This document shows, in pieces, positions 57,777-64,000 of a stretch of DNA of 64,000 nucleotides. The stretch spans positions 65,172 to 129,171 of the forward strand of contig CAZAYU010000003.1 of NCBI GenBank assembly GCA_964489445.1, in the 5' to 3' direction. The stretch is from an uncultured Planctomycetia bacterium. GTDB taxonomy: Bacteria > Omnitrophota > Gorgyraeia > Duberdicusellales > 4484-171. Below the pieces are notes generated by a model, which made no database searches, was not told where the DNA came from, and was given only the letters and a program-made list of their open reading frames with translations. The stretch's first letter is position 1. Each line of letters begins with the position of its first letter. The position numbers were made by a program, and so were the translations under genes.

Positions 57777-60700
57777 GTGTATTTAAAAGAGTTAGAAATA
57801 TTCGGATTTAAGTCCTTCCCAGAAAAAACTTCTTTAAAATTTGAGTCAGGTGTTACTGCGGTAGTTGGGCCCAACGGCTGTGGAAAATCAAATGTTTTCG
57901 ATGCTGTTAAATGGGCTCTAGGAGAACAAAGCCCCAAGTCTTTAAGAGGCACTAAAATGGAAGATATTATTTTTAACGGAACACAAAATCAGGCTCCTTT
58001 AAACTATGCCGAAGTAGCATTAATCTTTGATAACGAGGATAAGTATTTACCGATAGATTATAAGGAGGTAGCTGTTTCCCGGCGCCTTTATCGGTCCGGT
58101 GAAAGCCAGTATTTTATTAACAAAAGTCCGGTAAGGTTAAAAGATGTTCAGGAATTATTTATGGGCACTGGAATTGGTGAATCAACATATTCTTTTGTTG
58201 AGCAAGGGAAAATTGAGATTTTTTTAAGCTATAAACCAGAAGATAAACGATTAATATTTGATGAGGCTAGCGGCATAGTAAAATATAAAGAAAGAAAAAA
58301 AGAGGCCCTAAGAAGGCTTAATGATGCGGAAGAAAATTTATTACGCCTGGAAGATATTCTGTCGGAAGTAAGAAGGCAGATTCGATATTTAGAGCGGCAA
58401 GTGGATAAAGCACAAAAATATAAACAAGTTAAAGAAAAATTGTTGGAAGTAGAGAAAAAAGTTGCAGCTATTCAATTTAAAAAATTAGAGGGAAAAATTA
58501 ATAGCTTGCTAGATGAGCTGAACGCTTTTAAAAGCCAAGAAGAAAATAAAACCGGACAGCTTAGACAGGTGAGTGGTAGCCAAGAGGAAATGGTCGAAAG
58601 TGAAAAACAATTAAGAGAAAAGCTAGAAAGAACTAATACGATTATTGTCTCTCTGCAAGCGCAGATGGAAAGCTTTAATACCCATATTGGAGTAAATCGT
58701 CAGAGAGTTAGCGAATTAGAAGAAAGAAATGTCAACTTAGAGGCTTCTAAATTACAGAATAGCCAGCGGCTGGAATTTCAAGATAAAAGGAATCAAGAAG
58801 AAGGAATGCGCATTGAAGCAATAGGCGAAGAGATTAAAAGTTTAAGCGAAGACATTGAAAAGATAAGTCTGGAAAAAAATCAGCTGCAACAAAGAATAGA
58901 GGAGGCTAAACAGGGAGGCGGAAGAGAAAAGGAAAAGATACTAGACTTAGAAAATAAAAAATCTCAGACGCACAATACACTTATTGAAATTCAAGCTCGT
59001 AGCTCTTCTTTAATCAACAGAAAAAAACGTCTTCTTCTTGATCGGGGGAGATTGGAGTCTTTAGTGGTAGAAAATAAGGAGAAATTTGATGTTACCTCTG
59101 GGAGGTTTTCTAAAGCCAAAGAGGAATTATCTGATTCAGAAAGTAAACGCCAAGGATTAGCTAATCGAGAAAAAGAGATTACGTTGGATTCAGAAAATTT
59201 CCGATCGAAAACAGTAGAAAAAGAAAAAGAATTACTCGAGCTAAACACTACATATGAATTTTTAAAAGATTTGCGTATTAAGTATGAAACTTTTTCAGTT
59301 CAAAGGAAAGTTACGATTATTTTTGATGAAGAACCAAAAGATATAAATAAAATGGTTGCTTCCCTGCAAGGCGCCGAATTTGTCAAAGAAGGAGGCAGAT
59401 ATAAGGCGCAAATAGAGGCAAAAGTAGTTTCGTTTAAAGAAAAAGAATTAGAAGAAAGAATGGATGTTGTTAAGAAAGAGATAGATGATGCAAAAAATAG
59501 GTTTCAGCAATTACATAACGAAAAAGAAGAATTAGTTAAGCTGCTTTCTGCAGAGAACGTTCTGCTAGAAGAAAAAAAACGGACCCTACAAGAAGAAATG
59601 CAAGAGAGAGACAGCTTAGCTAAAGAGAATTTACGCTTAGAAGAAGAAGTTGGATTATTGAAAGAGGAAGAAAAAAATGTTGCCGAAGAAATAGCCGAAG
59701 CAACTAGTCAGCATGACAGGGTAAATAATGAGCTAAGTTTTCATGAACAGGATTTAGATAGTGCCAAACAAAGTTTATCTGGAAGCCAAAGTGTTACTTC
59801 TAAATCCTCAGAAAGAATTAATGAAATTGAAATTACCACGACCCGTGGGTTGACGCAAATAGAAGCTCTTGCCAAAGAAAAACAAACTCTAACTTTAAAT
59901 ATAACTGTTTTTGAAGAAGAAGTAAAAAATATTCAAGATTCTTTACAACAAATTGCTCAAGAAAATGAAGAAAATCTTAGACGTTCGTTATCTTTTACTC
60001 AGCAGATAGAAGAGCTGGAGCTTAAGTTTAAGCAGGGGGAATCTAAAATTAATGAGCAGACAGAGGTAAGGAAATCAACAGAAGAAGAGTCAGCTAAGTT
60101 AGTGCAAATAATAGAGGATACAAAAAAGTCGATACAAGTTTTAGAGAATGAGAATCAAAAGATAAAGACAGATGCGTACAATAAGAAACTAGAGATTCAA
60201 AGCTTAGAATACGAAAAAGAAAAGATAATTGATTATTTAAAGCAGGTTTATGAGATTGAGTTTAACCCAACGCAGCAAGAAGAAGCTTTAGAAAGTATCG
60301 AAATGCTTACTGAAGAGAAGGAAAAATTACAGAAAAAAGTAAAGTCTTTAGGAGAGGTCAATTTGGTGGCGATTGAAGAATTTGAAGAATTAAAAGGGCG
60401 CGACGATTTTATGGAGAGCCAGAAACAGGATTTAGTCACTTCCAAGGAAAATCTAAAGAAAGCAATTCAAAAGATTAATCGTACTTCTCGAGAAATTTTT
60501 TTAGAAGTGTTTAGGAAGATTGAAGTAGAATTTAAGAAAAATTTTAAGTTTTTATTTAACGGAGGAAGGGCAAATCTAATCTTAGTAGATGAAAACAATA
60601 TTTTAGAATCAGGGGTAGAAATTGAAGTTCAGCCTCCCGGCAAAAAGCTTCAGAACGTTTCTTTGCTTTCCGGAGGAGAAAAAGCTTTAACCGCCATTGC

Positions 60701-60971
60701 TTTAATCTTTGCTATTTTTCAAGTTCGACCTTCCCCGTTGTGTGTTTTAGACGAAATTGATGCTCCTCTAGATGAAGCTAATGTTGATAGGTTTAATCAT
60801 CTGTTAAAGGAATTTGCTGCTTCTTCCCAGTTTATTGTGATTACACACAATAAAAAAACGATGAGCAGTGCTGATGTTTTGTATGGTGTGACCATGCAGG
60901 AAAGAGGAATATCAAAATTAGTTTCTGTCAAATTCGCTGATGAAACTACCCCCGCCAAAGTTAATTCATAA
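57777..60971 (+). CDS. smc: Chromosome segregation protein SMC (short, no recognisable hinge)
   Basis: GFKSF, GPNGCGKSN, LSGGEK, LDEIDAPLD, ITHN; long coiled coils; 1064 aa. Confidence 0.92.
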   Translation: MYLKELEIFGFKSFPEKTSLKFESGVTAVVGPNGCGKSNVFDAVKWALGEQSPKSLRGTKMEDIIFNGTQNQAPLNYAEVALIFDNEDKYLPIDYKEVAVSRRLYRSGESQYFINKSPVRLKDVQELFMGTGIGESTYSFVEQGKIEIFLSYKPEDKRLIFDEASGIVKYKERKKEALRRLNDAEENLLRLEDILSEVRRQIRYLERQVDKAQKYKQVKEKLLEVEKKVAAIQFKKLEGKINSLLDELNAFKSQEENKTGQLRQVSGSQEEMVESEKQLREKLERTNTIIVSLQAQMESFNTHIGVNRQRVSELEERNVNLEASKLQNSQRLEFQDKRNQEEGMRIEAIGEEIKSLSEDIEKISLEKNQLQQRIEEAKQGGGREKEKILDLENKKSQTHNTLIEIQARSSSLINRKKRLLLDRGRLESLVVENKEKFDVTSGRFSKAKEELSDSESKRQGLANREKEITLDSENFRSKTVEKEKELLELNTTYEFLKDLRIKYETFSVQRKVTIIFDEEPKDINKMVASLQGAEFVKEGGRYKAQIEAKVVSFKEKELEERMDVVKKEIDDAKNRFQQLHNEKEELVKLLSAENVLLEEKKRTLQEEMQERDSLAKENLRLEEEVGLLKEEEKNVAEEIAEATSQHDRVNNELSFHEQDLDSAKQSLSGSQSVTSKSSERINEIEITTTRGLTQIEALAKEKQTLTLNITVFEEEVKNIQDSLQQIAQENEENLRRSLSFTQQIEELELKFKQGESKINEQTEVRKSTEEESAKLVQIIEDTKKSIQVLENENQKIKTDAYNKKLEIQSLEYEKEKIIDYLKQVYEIEFNPTQQEEALESIEMLTEEKEKLQKKVKSLGEVNLVAIEEFEELKGRDDFMESQKQDLVTSKENLKKAIQKINRTSREIFLEVFRKIEVEFKKNFKFLFNGGRANLILVDENNILESGVEIEVQPPGKKLQNVSLLSGGEKALTAIALIFAIFQVRPSPLCVLDEIDAPLDEANVDRFNHLLKEFAASSQFIVITHNKKTMSSADVLYGVTMQERGISKLVSVKFADETTPAKVNS

Positions 60972-61021
60972 GGAAAAAGGTTTAGATTAAGACTTAGCTG
61001 CTAAAGGTGAAACTTCAAAAA

Positions 61022-62173
61022 TTAGGCGAGGATTATTCTATTTTTTCCTTCTTTTTTTGCTCTATACAGAGCTTTATCTGCTTTTTTAATAAGTGGATAT
61101 TTTTCCAATGAATCTTTTGGGAAGGAAGCAACGCCGATACTTATTGTAAATTTACTTCCAGAAATATTTTTTTGTTCTATAGAGCGGCGAATTCTTTCTC
61201 CTAAAAGAAATGCTTCTTGCTTGTTATTTCCGGGTAAGATAATTGAAAATTCTTCTCCTCCATAACGGCATAAAATATCAATTTTGCGGCAATTACGTTT
61301 GAGGCGCTTACTTAACCCTTTTAAAGCGTTATCGCCTTGGATATGTCCGTGAGAGTCGTTAAATTTTTTGAAATCATCAATATCAATCATCATTATTGAA
61401 AGCGGTAATTTTGCTGATTCAGCTTTTAATAATTCTTCATCTAATCTATATTGGAAATAGCCATAATTCCAAAGGCTGGTTAGTGAATCAGTGTGAGATC
61501 TAACTAAAGTGTGTTCAAAACTTTGAGAGTTTTCAATAGCTCCGCGTGCTTGCTCAATAAACATATCGAATATTTTTATATCATCCTTAGCTAGTGGTTT
61601 TTTAGTGAAATAATTATCAACAACAATTACTCCGGCCGGCTCATTTTTAATTGTTAAAGGGTGAATTAAAAATTCTCCTAAGTTAAGCTTTTTAACAAGT
61701 AAATCGTTTCTCATTTTTTTAGCTCGACTTTTTTTAATCCAGCATGTTTGGTTTTCTTCTAAAGTGTCAAATATTAGACCACTTGTTTTATCCAGAGGAA
61801 AAGATAATGAGCGGATAAAGTCTAAAAATTTTGGACGGATTTCACTACACTTAATGTGATGATAATTTTTAATTAAACTGTGTAAATCCTTTTTTTCTTG
61901 TTCAATATGCTTCCAGATAGTTAGTGCTTCTTTATTATCCATTGCTCCGATTCCCATAAATCCGGTAATTTTTTTTCCTTTTTTATCTACTAAAAATATA
62001 CTGGCCCGATTAAATCCTAATCCTCCGTGAGCAGTTAATCCAGTTAAGATTATGTATGTTATTTCGTCAAGACGTAAAGTAGTACGCATTAATTTAGTAA
62101 GTTCATAGAAGACAGAAAGCTGGGACCGAACTTTTTTTAGTTCTTCTTGAAGGGTCTTTGAATGTTGTTTCAT
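61022..62173 (-). CDS. GAF-GGDEF diguanylate cyclase
   Basis: DSLTSLWN, DIDDFKKFND..GH..GD, RKID I-site, RYGGEEF, ADKALY.AK..GKN. Confidence 0.93.
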   Translation of the reverse strand: MKQHSKTLQEELKKVRSQLSVFYELTKLMRTTLRLDEITYIILTGLTAHGGLGFNRASIFLVDKKGKKITGFMGIGAMDNKEALTIWKHIEQEKKDLHSLIKNYHHIKCSEIRPKFLDFIRSLSFPLDKTSGLIFDTLEENQTCWIKKSRAKKMRNDLLVKKLNLGEFLIHPLTIKNEPAGVIVVDNYFTKKPLAKDDIKIFDMFIEQARGAIENSQSFEHTLVRSHTDSLTSLWNYGYFQYRLDEELLKAESAKLPLSIMMIDIDDFKKFNDSHGHIQGDNALKGLSKRLKRNCRKIDILCRYGGEEFSIILPGNNKQEAFLLGERIRRSIEQKNISGSKFTISIGVASFPKDSLEKYPLIKKADKALYRAKKEGKNRIILA

Positions 62174-62399
62174 CTAAATTCTTAAATAACATATTTATCT
62201 TCAAAAGTCAATTGTTTTCGCTTTGTAGCATCATCATAATAAGTAAACGCTTTCAAAGCCAGCTCTAAATACCCTTATAATCTAATATTTAATATGCTAC
62301 ATTTATATGGTATCCATCCTAACGGGTAGGTTGGAAAATCTTAATAAAATCAATGGTTTTGAGAGGGGATTGCCTAGTTTAAGGCAATTTGTCTGACTA

Positions 62400-64000
62400 A
62401 TGCTTCTTTATTTAACAAAAAAAAGAGCCAGTGCGTCTTCTAGGGCAATCATTATTTTTGTATTAATTGCCTTTATTGTTGCTACTTTTGCGGTTCATTT
62501 TCCCAAGAAAACCTATGCTTCAGCGCTTCCTTATATGCCTGCTCCTACTAAACTTATCGATATTAGTGCACACATTAATTTTCCGCTGTTAAGGGGTTTG
62601 CAGGTTAATCCCAAAGAGCCGTTTAAGTTCGATTTTATTATTGAAGAAGGTGACAAACCAATTAAAGAAGAAGAGTTTAAAAAAGAGTCTTCAAAGATAA
62701 TTAAATATTTTTTATCCTCACTAACAATTCCCGAAGAAGATTTATGGGTTAATTTATCGCCTTACGAACAAGATGAAGTTGCTCCTCTTGAATTAGGAAA
62801 GACAGAGATGGGGAAAGATTTATTAGGTGAAGATTATGTTTTGAAGCAACTTCTTGCTTCGTTAACCTACCCGGAGAGCCCTCTGGGGAAGCGCTTTTGG
62901 AAGCGCGTCTATCAGAGGGCTCATATTATTTTTGGCACAGCGAATATTCCGATAAATACGTTTAATAAGATCTGGATTGTGCCGGAGAAAGCAGTAGTTT
63001 ATGAAGAATCTGGCAAAGCTTTTATTGGTGAGGCGCGTCTTAAAGTAATGATGGAGGAAGATTATTTAGCGCTAAAAAACAATCTGAATAATTCCGAAAT
63101 TAAAACAGATAAGTTAAATGAAAATGAAGTAAAGGATATTAATAATTTTTCTTCACAAATTATGAAGGAAATGGTCCTTCCGGTGATTGAGGAAGAAATT
63201 AATCAGGGAGAAAATTTTGCTTATTTGCGCCAAATTTATTATTCATTGATTTTGGCATTGTGGTTTAAGAAGAAGTTGAAAGAGTCGATAGGCGATAGTC
63301 AACAGACTGCGAGTGGGCATGTTTTAGAGAGAATATATGTGGATAAGAAAAAAATAAAAGGAGTAGACGTAGATGACAAACAAATCAAGGAAAAAATATA
63401 CAATCAGTATTTAGAGGCCTATAAAAAAGGTGTCTATAATTATATAAAGCGCGATTACGATGCTCCTTCGCAAAAGTATATCCAAAGAAGGTATTATTCC
63501 GGAGGAATGGATTTAAGAGAATTATCAAGCTCAGTACTGGTGAGGAAACCTTTCCCTTTAAACTTTTCTGAATTAATCAGTGGTTTATCATTATCCAAAG
63601 CAGAAACTGAACTATCTCCTAAATTAGAGAATCAAGATGACTTAGGTCGAGAGAAACAGAAGAAAGTATCTTCTTCGGCGGTGACACAAAATGAAGAAAG
63701 GAATCGTAAATTAAGTATTTTGGCAGAAACAAAAAAACATACCCTTCATGAAGAAACTATAGCATTGTTAGACTCTATTCGGGAAATATTGAAGGGGTTT
63801 AATAGCAAAGGTTCTACGGCAGAAACTAAGGCGGTAAAGGAAGCCAGTCAAAGAACTAAGCTTCCGCAAGGAATGTTTAAGGGTGCACGATACGATGAGA
63901 ATTTAGATGTTGTTTATATCATCCACGAACTCTGGGAAAAATATATTGGTAAAAAAATAGGAGGAGAAAATATTTCTGGCATAAATATTGTTCCAGATAA
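62400..64000 (+). CDS. 5' part of a large ORF (open to the window end) with the conserved N-terminal domain of Omnitrophota giant proteins
   Basis: Translated by hand from ATG 62400 with no stop seen: signal/TM, then PLLRGL...PFKFDFII...IKYFL..LTIPEEDLWVNLSPYE...DY.LKQ...FNKIWIVP...LRQIY.SLILA.W.K...YYSGG; family recognised from memory. Confidence 0.8.
   Translation, partial: MLLYLTKKRASASSRAIIIFVLIAFIVATFAVHFPKKTYASALPYMPAPTKLIDISAHINFPLLRGLQVNPKEPFKFDFIIEEGDKPIKEEEFKKESSKIIKYFLSSLTIPEEDLWVNLSPYEQDEVAPLELGKTEMGKDLLGEDYVLKQLLASLTYPESPLGKRFWKRVYQRAHIIFGTANIPINTFNKIWIVPEKAVVYEESGKAFIGEARLKVMMEEDYLALKNNLNNSEIKTDKLNENEVKDINNFSSQIMKEMVLPVIEEEINQGENFAYLRQIYYSLILALWFKKKLKESIGDSQQTASGHVLERIYVDKKKIKGVDVDDKQIKEKIYNQYLEAYKKGVYNYIKRDYDAPSQKYIQRRYYSGGMDLRELSSSVLVRKPFPLNFSELISGLSLSKAETELSPKLENQDDLGREKQKKVSSSAVTQNEERNRKLSILAETKKHTLHEETIALLDSIREILKGFNSKGSTAETKAVKEASQRTKLPQGMFKGARYDENLDVVYIIHELWEKYIGKKIGGENISGINIVPD

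Noticed and set aside
818-60445. Numerous 60-170 aa ORFs antisense to well-supported genes (e.g. 42580-43089, 34860-35324, 12236-14319)
   Set aside because: Shadow frames with no motifs or RBS, lying opposite confident CDSs
60987-60999. 13-bp match TTAAGACTTAGCT shared with 14769-14781
   Set aside because: Matches this short are expected by chance in 64 kb of AT-rich DNA
1-64000. CRISPR array, IS elements, prophage, rRNA
   Set aside because: No regularly spaced repeats, transposase, integrase, phage or rRNA signatures were seen by eye

Overview
AT-rich bacterial chromosome segment from a probable anaerobic diderm. Gene content, especially the conserved N-terminal domain of the large ORF at the right edge, suggests Candidatus Omnitrophota (inference from family recognition; no search was run). 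Contents in order: (1) a Wzx/Wzy-type surface polysaccharide locus (1-14417) with two B12-binding radical SAM enzymes, a KpsS-like transferase, and an opposite-strand wza / co-polymerase / priming transferase unit whose co-polymerase ends in a PilZ domain instead of a tyrosine kinase; (2) tRNA-Met with a nearby 19-bp duplication of its 3' end, several small genes and an unannotated 53-aa basic ORF; (3) a type IV pilus/MSHA-like cluster (20271-35421) whose assembly operon is led by a PelD-like degenerate GGDEF protein and a stand-alone MshEN protein and carries two extension ATPases; (4) a GH94 phosphorylase, a sulfide-dependent biosynthesis cluster (thiouridylase-like, cysK, thi4, DUF39 plus NIL-ferredoxin), a TonB receptor, a beta-PGM/trehalose-phosphatase fusion with a GH65, pckG, purC, etfBA, an SMC lacking a recognisable hinge and an active-type diguanylate cyclase; (5) the 5' end of an ORF missing from the ORF track that runs off the window. 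No CRISPR array, rRNA or intact mobile element was seen.
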